Shown here piece by piece: positions 17,672 through 28,647 of a DNA stretch of 34,031 nt; the stretch's first letter is position 1, and each line of letters opens with the position of its first letter. A program made the position numbers and the translations under genes. The notes beneath the pieces were generated by a model. That model searched no databases. It saw only the letters and a list, made by a program, of their open reading frames with translations, and was not told where the DNA came from. The stretch is taken from assembly GCA_964395575.1 (NCBI GenBank), contig CAYNCR010000003.1, forward strand, positions 1 through 34,031. The letters are read 5' to 3'. The stretch comes from an uncultured Desulfohalobiaceae bacterium. GTDB lineage: Bacteria > Desulfobacterota > Desulfovibrionia > Desulfovibrionales > Desulfothermaceae.

Positions 17672-18055
17672 TTACTCCCCGGACCCGATCAGGGGCAGCT
17701 CCTTGTCCACGCGGAAGTGGACCAGGAACTTCGCCTCGGCGTGAATCCGGTCGTCATCCGGATAGGTGCGTCTGCGCAGGAGGCTGATCTTCTCCTCGTC
17801 CTGCTCCTCGTCGACCTTGGTCAGATACAGGCGCTTGCCCTTGTATCCCACTCCCTCCTCCATGAAGAGATAGGCCGCGCGGGAATTGGACTTCAGGTTC
17901 TGATGGGAGAGGCGGTCGCGCATGATCAGGGCAATGGTGCCGTCCTCCATGACATGGGGCCTGGCGTAGATAGCGCTGTCCACATTGCCCTCGCTGTCCG
18001 CGGTGGAGAGCACGCCCACACCCTTGGTGTTCTCGAAGTAGTTTTTGAGATCCAT
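17672..18055 (-). CDS. Pyridoxamine 5'-phosphate oxidase-like FMN-binding protein
   Basis: ORF 17672..18124. I prefer ATG 18055 (MDLKNYFENTKGVGVLSTAD), which has GGAGAG upstream. It has the small split-barrel PNPOx-family pattern. Confidence 0.7.
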   Translation of the reverse strand: MDLKNYFENTKGVGVLSTADSEGNVDSAIYARPHVMEDGTIALIMRDRLSHQNLKSNSRAAYLFMEEGVGYKGKRLYLTKVDEEQDEEKISLLRRRTYPDDDRIHAEAKFLVHFRVDKELPLIGSGE

Positions 18056-18228
18056 TTTTTTCTCTCCGTTGCTTGTGGGTTTACGATCCGGATGGCTCGA
18101 GCTCCGCGTCTTCTTTTGCCCCAAAAAGAAGCCGGAAACTCATTGGATGCTAGCGCACCTATTCTGTTTTTTTGGGGGAAAAGTCCTTCCAGCCCGTTGC
18201 CCAATGCAAACGAGCTGACGGGGACTTC

Positions 18229-19296
18229 CTATTCCTGGAAGTGATCCAGGTACTGGCCGTAGCCCTCCTTTTCCAGGTCCTCCTTGGGAATGAAGCGCAG
18301 AGCGGCGGAGTTCATGCAGTAGCGCTTGCCCGTGGGCTCGGGGCCGTCGTCGAAGACGTGCCCCAGGTGCGAATCCGCCTGCCTGGAGCGCACCTCGGTG
18401 CGGGTCCCGAACAGAGAGCGATCTTCTTGGGTGACGATATTGTTCGCCTCCAGGGGGCGGGTGAAGCTGGGCCATCCCGTGCCGGACTCGAATTTGTGCC
18501 TGGAGGAGAACAGGGGCTCGCCGGAAACGATGTCCACGTAGATCCCCTCCTGCTTGTTGTCCCAATAGGCGTTGTCGAAAGCCGGCTCGGTCCCGTCCTG
18601 CTGAGTGACCTTGAACTGCATGGGGGTAAGCCGCTGACGCAGCTCCTCTTGGCTCGGCTTGATGAAGGAGGAGCTGCTGGAGTGTTCCTCGGTCTTGTTC
18701 GTGAACTTGTCCGGGTCATCCCAGTGCTCCTCGATAAACGAGTCCCTTCCGGAAAAGGAGCGGTAGATCTTGTAGCGGATGGCGTGCTCGTCCGCGTAGT
18801 CCTGATGCTCCTCCTCCGCGGGATAGAAGTTCTTCAGCGGCTCGATGGGGGTGACCACGGGTTGGGAGAAGCGGCCGGACCGGTCCAGCTCGCGCTTGGA
18901 TTCTTCGGCGATTTCCTTCTCCCGCTCGGTCTGGTAGAAGATGGCGGAGGTGTACTGCTCCCCCCGATCGCCAAAGGAGCCGCCCGCGTCCGTGGGGTCG
19001 AACATGCGCCAGAAGGCCTCCACCAGCTGGCGGTAGCTCACCTCCTCGGGGTCGTAGACCACCTTCACCGTCTCGCGGTGTCCCGTATCTCCGGAAGAGA
19101 CCTGCTCGTAGGAGGGATTTTCCACATGCCCTCCGCTGTATCCGGAGATCGCCTCGCGCACACCGGGGATCTTCTGGAAGTCCGCCTCGATGCACCAGAA
19201 GCATCCCCCGGCGAAGTAGGCCTCCGCGGCCTGAGCGGATGAAGCTTGGGTCAAGCCCATCAGGGAAACCAGAGTAATTGCCAGAAACGTTTTCAT
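18229..19296 (-). CDS. msrAB: Bifunctional peptide-methionine sulfoxide reductase MsrA/MsrB with signal peptide
   Basis: The signal peptide is [23 protein letters not shown]. The MsrA motif is GGCFWC. The MsrB domain has [18 protein letters not shown] and RYCMNS. An alternative start lies at 19308. Confidence 0.9.
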   Translation of the reverse strand: MKTFLAITLVSLMGLTQASSAQAAEAYFAGGCFWCIEADFQKIPGVREAISGYSGGHVENPSYEQVSSGDTGHRETVKVVYDPEEVSYRQLVEAFWRMFDPTDAGGSFGDRGEQYTSAIFYQTEREKEIAEESKRELDRSGRFSQPVVTPIEPLKNFYPAEEEHQDYADEHAIRYKIYRSFSGRDSFIEEHWDDPDKFTNKTEEHSSSSSFIKPSQEELRQRLTPMQFKVTQQDGTEPAFDNAYWDNKQEGIYVDIVSGEPLFSSRHKFESGTGWPSFTRPLEANNIVTQEDRSLFGTRTEVRSRQADSHLGHVFDDGPEPTGKRYCMNSAALRFIPKEDLEKEGYGQYLDHFQE

Positions 19297-19366
19297 GATT
19301 GGCTCCATTTGCTGCGTCGATAAGCGACGTCTGCTCCCTTGGGAACAAGAGAGCTGTTTGAATGTT

Positions 19367-19383
19367 GATAATAATTATTATTC
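19367..19383. promoter_or_regulatory. Fur-family (Fur/PerR/Zur)-like operator candidate upstream of msrAB
   Basis: GATAATAATTATTATTC contains a perfect 14-bp palindrome, ATAATAATTATTAT (19368-19381), built of NATWAT-type hexamers. It lies about 70 nt upstream of the msrAB start. Confidence 0.35.
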
Positions 19384-19526
19384 ATTTTGTTGCTTCTGGC
19401 AAGGAGGTCGGCTCTGGCTCTGTCCGGAAATGAGCGTTTCAGCCCACGGAACACACGGAATAACAGGGAAATAGAAAATCACGTCATTAGAGGACCTCTT
19501 TATGGAAAAGGGCTCTTTGTTACCAA

Positions 19527-21356
<1,830 letters not shown>

Positions 21357-21454
21357 GGAGTTGTTCCTCCTGCTTGGCGCTTGCGACTGCCTGAGCGGAT
21401 GGAAGGGACAGCGCAGCGCGTTTTCCCCGAATCTGTTTGTCGAGGTTTTTGAGG

Positions 21455-22813
21455 CTAGGATCCCATCCAGGTCCGAATATAGGCGTTTACATCGAACTTG
21501 CGCCGGCATCCGGCATGGCTCATATAGCGGACGGTGCCGAAGACGGGGCGCTCCTTGAACCCGCGGTCGTGCAGGCCGCCCACGGACCAGAGGACACCGG
21601 TGTAGCCGTTGGGATCGCGGCCGTCCAGCTCGTAGCGGTCGTTGAGCCGAATAGCGTAGTCTATGGCCTGCTCCGGGCTCTCGGTCCATTCCAGGATCTT
21701 CTTGGCCCAGTACATGCGCATGTATCCGTGCATCTTCCCGGTACGGACCATCTGGGCCTGGGCCGCGTTCCAGAGGTCGTCGTGAGTGGCGGCCCCTTCC
21801 AGGTCCCGGTAGCTGTAGATGACGGGCCTTGGATCCTCGCGGTGCTTGTTCAGGGTGGCCCGGGCCCAGTTCGGGAGCCCCTCGAAGGCGTCGTACGCCG
21901 GATTGTGGGAGCAGTAGTTGTCCGCAAGCTCGCGACGGATGATCAGTTCCTCCAGATAGGTCGATTTGGCGGAGGAGGGCGCGGACTCGCTGTTTACCAC
22001 TTCCAGCGCCGCGCGCTGCGGTGCGATCTGCCCGAAGTGGAAATAGGGCGAAAGACGGGACAGGGCGCCGGCGTTGGGATCGTTGCGCTTGGCCTCGAAG
22101 AGGTGGAGGCCGTCGCGGAGAAAGCGGCTCAGGCGCTGCCATCCGGCATTCGGACCGGGATTGAGCCAGTCCACCGGCCCCACCTCCGTGTCCACGCGCA
22201 AGCCGGAGTCGATCGCCTCCCAATCTGGCTCTTTGAAATCGATTCCTGTGACTGCCGCGGACTGGGAAGCGGGCTCTGGGAAGGGCCCGAGGAATTCGTC
22301 CAGTTGGCGCTGGATCTTGGGGCGAATGGTGCGCGCTGCGAATTCCTGCTTGTCCGAGGCCTGCCAGCAGGGCACCACGTTGTGGGCATCCACAAGGACC
22401 AAGGGGGCCTTGATGCGCCCAGCGACCTCGCTGCGCCATTCCTCCTTGATGCGCAAGGGATCGAAGTCGCAGATCAGGCTCTCCGCGTCCGCGGAGCTGA
22501 CCAGCTCCGCGGCCCGCTCTGCCGGATTGCCCCGGCGGAGGACAAAGGGGATGCCCAGCTCAAGGCACTCCCGGCATGTCTCCCGCAGTCCGCCCAGCAT
22601 GAAGGCGTACTGCCGCCAGGTGGCCTCCAGGAATTCGGGTGCCAGACAAAAGAGCACGACGACTCCTCGTTCTGCCGCCCTTGCCCGTTCCTGGGCGTGG
22701 AGCAGGGCCCAATTGTCCCGGATACGCTGATCCCGGCTCATCCAGTAGACCACGGGGCCGGTGCCGGGCTCTCCGGCCTGCAGGGTCCGTATGCGGCGAG
22801 GGTCGATGGTCAT
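21455..22813 (-). CDS. phr: Deoxyribodipyrimidine photolyase, class II
   Basis: 452 aa. Motifs are [21 protein letters not shown] and [18 protein letters not shown], typical of class II CPD photolyases. Confidence 0.9.
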   Translation of the reverse strand: MTIDPRRIRTLQAGEPGTGPVVYWMSRDQRIRDNWALLHAQERARAAERGVVVLFCLAPEFLEATWRQYAFMLGGLRETCRECLELGIPFVLRRGNPAERAAELVSSADAESLICDFDPLRIKEEWRSEVAGRIKAPLVLVDAHNVVPCWQASDKQEFAARTIRPKIQRQLDEFLGPFPEPASQSAAVTGIDFKEPDWEAIDSGLRVDTEVGPVDWLNPGPNAGWQRLSRFLRDGLHLFEAKRNDPNAGALSRLSPYFHFGQIAPQRAALEVVNSESAPSSAKSTYLEELIIRRELADNYCSHNPAYDAFEGLPNWARATLNKHREDPRPVIYSYRDLEGAATHDDLWNAAQAQMVRTGKMHGYMRMYWAKKILEWTESPEQAIDYAIRLNDRYELDGRDPNGYTGVLWSVGGLHDRGFKERPVFGTVRYMSHAGCRRKFDVNAYIRTWMGS

Positions 22814-22891
22814 ATGGGATTCCGCGGGGACGGTGTTCTCTTGGCAGCCGAAGGGCTCGCGGGTGTTGCCTCAATGGATGGACAAATCATC

Positions 22892-23383
22892 TTACAGCCA
22901 GACCTCGCTGATCTGCTGGAAATTGGTGACGCTCACCGCGCGGGTGAGATCCACCCGGAAGAGGGCGGACTGGGGGCTTTTGACAAAATCCTCCAGCCGG
23001 GGATTTGCTTGAGTGAAAGCTGCTTCCCATTCTTTGCGCTGGGAAGCGCCCAGGATCTCCACGGCCTTGCCCTCCAGGGTCACCGCAGTACCCCGATCCA
23101 GATCCTGTTTCAGGGCGGGGGCGTCCAGGGCCATCAGGGAAACTGCAGGATTGTGGCGCATGGCCTCGTGCTTCGCGGTTTCCTTGGGAGTGGCCAGGGC
23201 CAGGGAGCACTCCGCGAAGGCGAGGACGAAGCTCATCAGGTTGCAGGCGGGTGCGGAATTGCTGCACGTGGCCAGAATCAGGGTTTTTTGCGCCCCCAGG
23301 AACTCCCAGAGCCAGGCGAGGAAGGCCTCGCGTTCCTGCTGGCTTACTTCGTGTTTTCGGGGCTGGAGGGGGAGGTCCGGCAT
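22892..23383 (-). CDS. PNPOx-like FMN-binding family protein (putative)
   Basis: 163-aa ORF, first gene of the phr-yyaL transcription unit. The split-barrel-like pattern is TLILATCS...PACNLMSFV...LEGKAVEI. The family assignment is tentative. Confidence 0.55.
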   Translation of the reverse strand: MPDLPLQPRKHEVSQQEREAFLAWLWEFLGAQKTLILATCSNSAPACNLMSFVLAFAECSLALATPKETAKHEAMRHNPAVSLMALDAPALKQDLDRGTAVTLEGKAVEILGASQRKEWEAAFTQANPRLEDFVKSPQSALFRVDLTRAVSVTNFQQISEVWL

Positions 23384-23394
23384 GAGGGGGCTCC

Positions 23395-23413
23395 TTTGCA
23401 GGGCACCTGCAAA
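23395..23413. promoter_or_regulatory. Perfect 8-bp inverted repeat abutting the RBS of the PNPOx-phr-yyaL operon
   Basis: TTTGCAGG-GCA-CCTGCAAA. On the mRNA its 3' arm runs into the AAGGAG Shine-Dalgarno sequence. Confidence 0.25.
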
Positions 23414-23455
23414 TCTTCAAGTTGCTGTGTTCGTTCACAAATTCAAACGCTTCTC

Positions 23456-23686
23456 GTAACTGTTCACCACCCCACTCATCATTGTAAGCCGACACGGGGT
23501 ATTTTGAATCATTTCAGCGGAGCCTGAGTGGTTTTCTTCGTCCGGCACTCACTTTCCCAGAAGCATAGAGAATTTGGGCAAGCGTAAAGAAAGTGAGTGC
23601 CGGACGTTAGAAAATCCAGAGTTGGAGCTGCATGAGGCAAAATGCCCCGTGTCGGCTTACGGTCCGGCAAGGTGGTGAATAGTTAC
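23456..23686. mobile_element. MITE-like nested-palindromic element, copy 2 (231 bp; arms inverted relative to copy 1)
   Basis: Terminal inverted repeats are GTAACTGTTCACCACC and GGTGGTGAATAGTTAC. The flanking 8-mers are CGCTTCTC (23448-23455) and CGTTTCTC (23687-23694). The inner inverted-repeat tiers are the same as in copy 1. Confidence 0.7.
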
Positions 23687-23716
23687 CGTTTCTCTTCAGC
23701 CTTGTTGAACAAGTCG

Positions 23717-24571
23717 TCACAGAAACTCGCGCATGATACGCTCCACGTTGTCCATATCCCGTTGTTGGGCGTACAGGGGCTCTTTTTCCAGGAAGGGATA
23801 GTAGGAGCGCAAGGGACGTCTGTGCTCGCTCTTATAGAGCACGCCCACGGGGATGGAGTCCCCCCATTCCATGCATCGCTGCATGGCCGCGTGCCAGTCC
23901 CCCGGGTCGTAGCCCGTCTCCAGCTCGTAGCAGCGCTGTTTGTACCAGGCGAAGGTGTTTACCCGGTTGAAGGAGACGCACTGTTGCAGGACGTCCACCA
24001 GGGCGATCCCGGTGTGGCTCATCGCCTGCCGGATGGTGTCCGCGAGCAGGTCCGGCATCCCGGTAAAGCCCCGGGCCACGAATCCGGCTCCCATGGTTAG
24101 GGCCATGGCGGTCGGCGGAAAGGGATCGCTGGGCATCCCCCGCGGCTGGGCCTTGGTCACGTGGCCCGCGGCGCTGGTGGGACTGGCCTGGCCCTTGGTC
24201 AGGCCGTAGATCTGGTTGTCGTGGACGAGCATGGTGAGGTCGATGTTGCGGCGCAGGGCTGCCAGGAAGTGGTTGCCGCCCTCGCCGTAAGAGCATCCGT
24301 CCCCGCTCTGGACCACGACCCGCAGGTCGGGATTGGCCAGCTTGGCCCCTGTTGCGACGGGAAGGGCGCGGCCGTGCAGGCCATTGAAGAGATTGCAGCG
24401 CATGTAGTGGGGCGATTTGGCCGCCTGACCGATACCGGAGACAAAAAGCGCCTGGTGCGGGGCGATTTCGCTGTCCGTCAGGGCCTGCTTGACCGCCTTG
24501 AGAATGGCGAAGTTCCCGCAGCCCGGACACCAGGCCGTTTCGAACTCGCCGAAATCTTCCGATGATACCAT
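23717..24571 (-). CDS. korB: 2-oxoacid:ferredoxin oxidoreductase, beta (TPP-binding) subunit
   Basis: 284 aa. Motifs are WCPGCGNFAILKAV and GDGCSYGEGGNHF (TPP motif). Confidence 0.88.
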   Translation of the reverse strand: MVSSEDFGEFETAWCPGCGNFAILKAVKQALTDSEIAPHQALFVSGIGQAAKSPHYMRCNLFNGLHGRALPVATGAKLANPDLRVVVQSGDGCSYGEGGNHFLAALRRNIDLTMLVHDNQIYGLTKGQASPTSAAGHVTKAQPRGMPSDPFPPTAMALTMGAGFVARGFTGMPDLLADTIRQAMSHTGIALVDVLQQCVSFNRVNTFAWYKQRCYELETGYDPGDWHAAMQRCMEWGDSIPVGVLYKSEHRRPLRSYYPFLEKEPLYAQQRDMDNVERIMREFL

Positions 24572-24589
24572 AGTTTCGCCTTCCTGGAA

Positions 24590-26278
24590 TCAGTCGAGTT
24601 GTGCGTGGATGGTTTCCGCGTCCATAGGGAGCCCGTCGTAGCGGTGGATCAGGTGATCTACCGCAAAGCCGGTCTCCTGCCGGATGAGCTGGGCAAGCTG
24701 GCCCGTGGCGTTGCCCTCCACGCAGATTGTCCGCCCTGCGGACCTCAGCCTGGTCAGGAACTGCTCCGGGACCAGGGGGCAGACCTGCCGGAAGTGGAGT
24801 GTGCCCACGGATCGCCCCTGCTTGCGCAGGTCGCTCGCCACCCGGAGTACGGCCCCCTTGCTCGAGCCCCAGGTGATGAACAGGAGCTCCGGCTCCTCCG
24901 GGCCGTCCGTCTCGGGAGGCATGGTGTTCTCCTCCAGCACCCGCCGTTTGGCGAGCCGCTTGTCCACCATGCGGGTCCGTACGGAGAGGTCCTCGGTGAT
25001 GTGCCCGTCCGGGGTGTGCTCGTCGCTGTCCGCCACGACCAAATGGGTGCCCGTTCCCGGCAGAAGCCGCTGTGAGACCCCGCTTTGATCGAAGGCGTAA
25101 CGGACATAGGCTCCCGGATCGGCCGTTTCCGTGCCGGGCCTGGTTGTCTCCGGGAGGTCGTGCAGGGAAAAGGGGGCGACGGCCCGGATGGAGTCCGCAA
25201 GATATTGATCGGTCATGAGGATGGCCGGGCTCTGGCTCCGTTCGGCCAGATCCAGGGCCTTGTAGGTCAGGTCGAAGCATTCCTCGGGCGTGCCTGGGGT
25301 GAATACTGCCCGGGGGAATTCCCCGTGGCCGCTGTACAGGGCGATCTGCAGATCGCCCTGCTCGGTGCGCGTGGGCAGTCCGGTCGCGGGTCCGGGACGC
25401 TGCCCCAGCACGATAGTTAGAGGGGTCTCGGTCATGCCGGCCAGGCTGATCCCTTCCGCCATCAGGGAGAATCCGCCCCCGGAAGTGGGGACAATGCTTC
25501 TGGCTCCGGCGAAGGAGGCGCCAATGGCCATGTTCACCGCGGCGATCTCGTCTTCGGCCTGCTCCGCCACGATGCCCAGCTCCTCCGCCTGGGCTGCCAG
25601 ATTCAGGGCCACTCCGGTGGAGGGGGTCATGGGGTAGAAGGAGCAGAAGTTCGTTCCCGCGGCCATGGCTCCGAGGGCAATGGCCTGGTTCCCGCTCATG
25701 GCGAATCGGTCCCCCTGCCGGAATGCAGGGGAGGGCGCACCCTGGAGCTGGCGGCTGTTCTGACGGATCCAGGTGTGGCCCCTGGCGAAGGCGTCCTCGT
25801 TCTTCTCCGCGGCCTCCTCGCTCTTACCGCCCAGGACCTCGCGAAGGAGATTCTTGAAGACCTCCCGGTCCAGCCGGAGGAGCGCCGTTAGGCTGCCCAG
25901 CGCGGCAGTGTTGATGTAGAGCTTTTCCGGGACAAGGTCGGAAAAGGGTGCCGTGACGATATCCTCAGCGTTCTCCTCCACCTGGGAGGCGTCAGCGAGG
26001 ATGCAGCCTCCGTCGCGCAGCTCCTCGCGGTGGCGGGTGACGGTTTCCCTGTTCATGGCCACGAGGAGATCCACCCCGGAGGCCGGAGAGAGGACTGGCT
26101 CGTTGTCCACCATGACGGAAAAGAAATTGTGTCCCCCGCGTATTCGGGACATGTAGTTCTGCGAGACCAGGATCTCGTAACCGGAACGGACCAGGCCCCG
26201 AGCCAGGAGCTGGCCCATGGTCTCCAGTCCCTGTCCCGCCTCGCCGCCGATGCGGATCTGGATGGCGCTTTTGGACAT
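24590..26278 (-). CDS. korA: 2-oxoacid:ferredoxin oxidoreductase, alpha subunit (gamma-alpha fusion)
   Basis: 562 aa. The N-terminal gamma-type domain (IRIGGEAGQGLETMGQLLA) is followed by the pyrimidine-binding alpha domain. It lies 18 nt upstream of korB. Confidence 0.88.
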   Translation of the reverse strand: MSKSAIQIRIGGEAGQGLETMGQLLARGLVRSGYEILVSQNYMSRIRGGHNFFSVMVDNEPVLSPASGVDLLVAMNRETVTRHREELRDGGCILADASQVEENAEDIVTAPFSDLVPEKLYINTAALGSLTALLRLDREVFKNLLREVLGGKSEEAAEKNEDAFARGHTWIRQNSRQLQGAPSPAFRQGDRFAMSGNQAIALGAMAAGTNFCSFYPMTPSTGVALNLAAQAEELGIVAEQAEDEIAAVNMAIGASFAGARSIVPTSGGGFSLMAEGISLAGMTETPLTIVLGQRPGPATGLPTRTEQGDLQIALYSGHGEFPRAVFTPGTPEECFDLTYKALDLAERSQSPAILMTDQYLADSIRAVAPFSLHDLPETTRPGTETADPGAYVRYAFDQSGVSQRLLPGTGTHLVVADSDEHTPDGHITEDLSVRTRMVDKRLAKRRVLEENTMPPETDGPEEPELLFITWGSSKGAVLRVASDLRKQGRSVGTLHFRQVCPLVPEQFLTRLRSAGRTICVEGNATGQLAQLIRQETGFAVDHLIHRYDGLPMDAETIHAQLD

Positions 26279-26424
26279 GGTTTCCTCGCTGCGTTTCCTA
26301 GCGCGGTATCACTTGTGATGAGAGTAAACACATCTCTATTCGAATATGATACGGCAGGCGCTTAGCGTGTGTAAACCCCGGGGCAGGCTGATTTGTTCTC
26401 GTAAGAATAAACCGCCAAGTTTGT

Positions 26425-26449
26425 TGTCCCCACGCTCTGCGTGGGGACA
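26425..26449. repeat. REP-like palindrome, copy A
   Basis: TGTCCCCACGC-TCT-GCGTGGGGACA, with an 11-bp stem. Confidence 0.6.
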
Positions 26450-26499
26450 TGTCAGGGACGTTCCGCATCCAGAATGACCGCGGGAGTGGTCGGAGCACG

Positions 26500-26520
26500 T
26501 TCCCACGCAGAGCGTGGGAA
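26500..26520. repeat. REP-like palindrome, copy B (opposite loop orientation)
   Basis: TTCCCACGC-AGA-GCGTGGGAA. It lies 50 bp from copy A, giving a BIME-like inverted pair. Confidence 0.6.
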
Positions 26521-26633
26521 GGATAATCTATTTTGGGGTGGGAATGTCGGTTTTCCGGAGACAGGCGCGGCGGCACGGCAACGGTTTCCGTGCCTGGAGC
26601 GCGTTCTTGGAGGGGAGCTAGGCTGTTTCGGGA

Positions 26634-27554
26634 TCAGGAGGAGGAACGGGCCAGCGCCTCGATCTCCTCTCTGTCAGGCAGGGAGTCCTGTGCTCCGGAG
26701 CGGGTCGTGCTGAGCGCCCCGGCAGCCGCCGCGAACCGGACGGCTTGGAGCACGGGAGCCCCTTCGGACAGGGCGGCGGCAAGGGCGCCGTTGAAGGCGT
26801 CTCCCGCCGCAACAGTGTCCACGGCCTGGACGGAATAGGGCGGAATGAGCTCCTCCCGGTCTCCGCTGGCGAAGAGGGCCCCCTGCCCACCCAGGGTGAT
26901 CAGGGCCGCTCCGCAGCCCCTCTGCAGGAGCAGGCGTGCCGCTTTTGCCGCGGTTTCCGGGGAATGGACATCCACTCCAGTGAGGTCCCCGGCCTCGCGC
27001 TCGTTGGGGGTGATGAGATCCAGCAGGGGGTAGACCGTTTCCGGGAGCTCCCGGCTGGGGGCGGGGTCCAGCACTGTGAACAGCCAGGCCTCCCTGGCGC
27101 TCTCGAGGCCGCTTTGCACAGTCTCCAGAGGGGTCTCCAGCTGGCTGAGGAAGACGGAACAACCGCTCAATAAGTGCTCCGACCGGTGCAGGTCCTGTGG
27201 GCTCAGGCGCTTGTTGCTCCCCGGAGCCACCAGGATCTGGTTGGTTCCCTCCCGGTCCACGCCGATGAGGGCCACGCCGGCGGGCGCGGTGTCATCCCGG
27301 ATCAGCCCCTCCCGGGGCAGACCGCTGCCGGCCAGATGGTCCGCCAGGCGCTCGCCGAAGGCATCCCGCCCGATCCGGGCGATAAGGCGGGTTTGCGCTC
27401 CCGCCCTGAGGGCTGCCAGGGCCTGGTTGGCGCCCTTGCCGCCGAAGGAGGCGGTGAACTCGCCGTCGGTGACCGTCTCTTGCGGCCTGGGCAGGCGTTC
27501 GGCGCGGACGGTCAGGTCCGTGTTTGCGCTGCCGAGGACAAGGACCACTCCCAT
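26634..27554 (-). CDS. rbsK: Ribokinase
   Basis: ORF 26634..27728. I prefer ATG 27554 (MGVVLVLGSANTDL). Motifs are GGKGANQALAA and DTVAAGDAFNGALAAAL. Confidence 0.85.
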   Translation of the reverse strand: MGVVLVLGSANTDLTVRAERLPRPQETVTDGEFTASFGGKGANQALAALRAGAQTRLIARIGRDAFGERLADHLAGSGLPREGLIRDDTAPAGVALIGVDREGTNQILVAPGSNKRLSPQDLHRSEHLLSGCSVFLSQLETPLETVQSGLESAREAWLFTVLDPAPSRELPETVYPLLDLITPNEREAGDLTGVDVHSPETAAKAARLLLQRGCGAALITLGGQGALFASGDREELIPPYSVQAVDTVAAGDAFNGALAAALSEGAPVLQAVRFAAAAGALSTTRSGAQDSLPDREEIEALARSSS

Positions 27555-28501
27555 AGGACACGCTCCCGGAAAAGGGTTGAAAAGGATTCCGCGGCCACGT
27601 TCAGGCAGACCCGGGCGTTGGGAGGCGCCTTCAAGCGCGAGGATATGGGCCGCCTGTCCGCCAGGCTCATTCCCTCGCAGAGCTCGCCGCGGGTCTCCAC
27701 CTGCACGGGAAGCTCCCGCACCGCGCACAGCTCGGGCCGAAAGGCCAGGGCTATGGCCAGGGGATCGTGCAGGGGGATGCTGTCCGTTTCCTCAGTCTTT
27801 TGGGTGTGGGCGAAAATACCGGAGGTGATGCGCTGCACCAGGCGGCTGCGCGGCGTGTCCGGACAGGTGTCGAGGTCACGTTGCCGCAGGCGCACCTGGC
27901 GGGTAACGTCCAGCCCGGTCAGGGTGATGCTCAGGCCCGAATCCAGAACGATTCGCGCCGCAAGGGGGTCGACGTAAAAATTGAATTCCGCGGCTGGAGT
28001 GACGTTTCCGGCCACGCCTACGGCGCCGCCCATGATAACCAGCCGCTCCAGGCGGCGCAGGGTCTGCGGCGCCTTTTGCGCGGCGAGGGCGATGTTGGTC
28101 AGCGGGCCGAGGGCCACGAGAACCGGCGGCTCCGGGGCCTGCTCGATGTGGCGCAGGATGCAGTCCGCGGCGTGCTCCCCTGTGAGCACGGGCGCGTCGT
28201 CCCCGCGCGGGTCCGGGAGCTCGCCTGCGGCATCGCCCAGCCCGTCCGTGCCGTGCAGAAAAGTGGCATGCTCCGGGGCTTTCTCCAGCGGCGCCTCGGC
28301 ACCACGGGCGATCGCGGGCGCCGCATCGGGGGCGATATGGGCCAGAATGCGCAGGATGTTGTCCGTGGCGGTGTCCACGTCGACGTTGCCGCTCACCGAG
28401 GTGATGCAGGCCGGTGCAAGCTCCGGGGAGGCGAAGGCCAGCAGCAGGGCCAGGGCATCGTCGATTCCGGGGTCGGTGTCGATGATCACGGGCTTGGGCA
28501 T
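27512..28501 (-). CDS. Nucleoside hydrolase (IunH/Rih family)
   Basis: 329 aa with the N-terminal motif MPKPVIIDTDPGIDDALAL. Its 3' end overlaps the predicted rbsK start by 43 nt. Confidence 0.88.
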   Translation of the reverse strand: MPKPVIIDTDPGIDDALALLLAFASPELAPACITSVSGNVDVDTATDNILRILAHIAPDAAPAIARGAEAPLEKAPEHATFLHGTDGLGDAAGELPDPRGDDAPVLTGEHAADCILRHIEQAPEPPVLVALGPLTNIALAAQKAPQTLRRLERLVIMGGAVGVAGNVTPAAEFNFYVDPLAARIVLDSGLSITLTGLDVTRQVRLRQRDLDTCPDTPRSRLVQRITSGIFAHTQKTEETDSIPLHDPLAIALAFRPELCAVRELPVQVETRGELCEGMSLADRRPISSRLKAPPNARVCLNVAAESFSTLFRERVLWEWSLSSAAQTRT

Positions 28502-28610
28502 AAGAGAATCACAAGTATAAAGTAGAAAGTTGAAAGAGTCGGGGAAAAAAGGAGGTTACCTCTTCACGGCTGCAAGTCAAAGAGAAGGGAACAGTTATCC
28601 AGGCTCATAT

Positions 28611-28635
28611 TGTCCCCACGCTCTGCGTAGGGATA
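28611..28635. repeat. REP-like palindrome, copy C
   Basis: TGTCCCCACGC-TCT-GCGTAGGGATA. Its left flank resembles copy A and its right flank (GGATAAT) resembles copy B. Confidence 0.55.
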
Positions 28636-28647
28636 ATTAACCTTGCG

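Noticed and set aside
21357-22439. N-terminal 361 codons of the 970-aa ORF 19527..22439.
   Set aside because: They overlap the class II photolyase gene in another frame and have junk-like composition. The YyaL homology starts exactly at ATG 21356, which has a good AGGAGG RBS.
27512-27554. The 43-nt overlap of the nucleoside hydrolase 3' end with the ribokinase start as a sign of frameshift or fusion.
   Set aside because: Both reading frames are intact, with full-length homology on each side. The overlap depends only on start-codon choice and is compatible with translational coupling.
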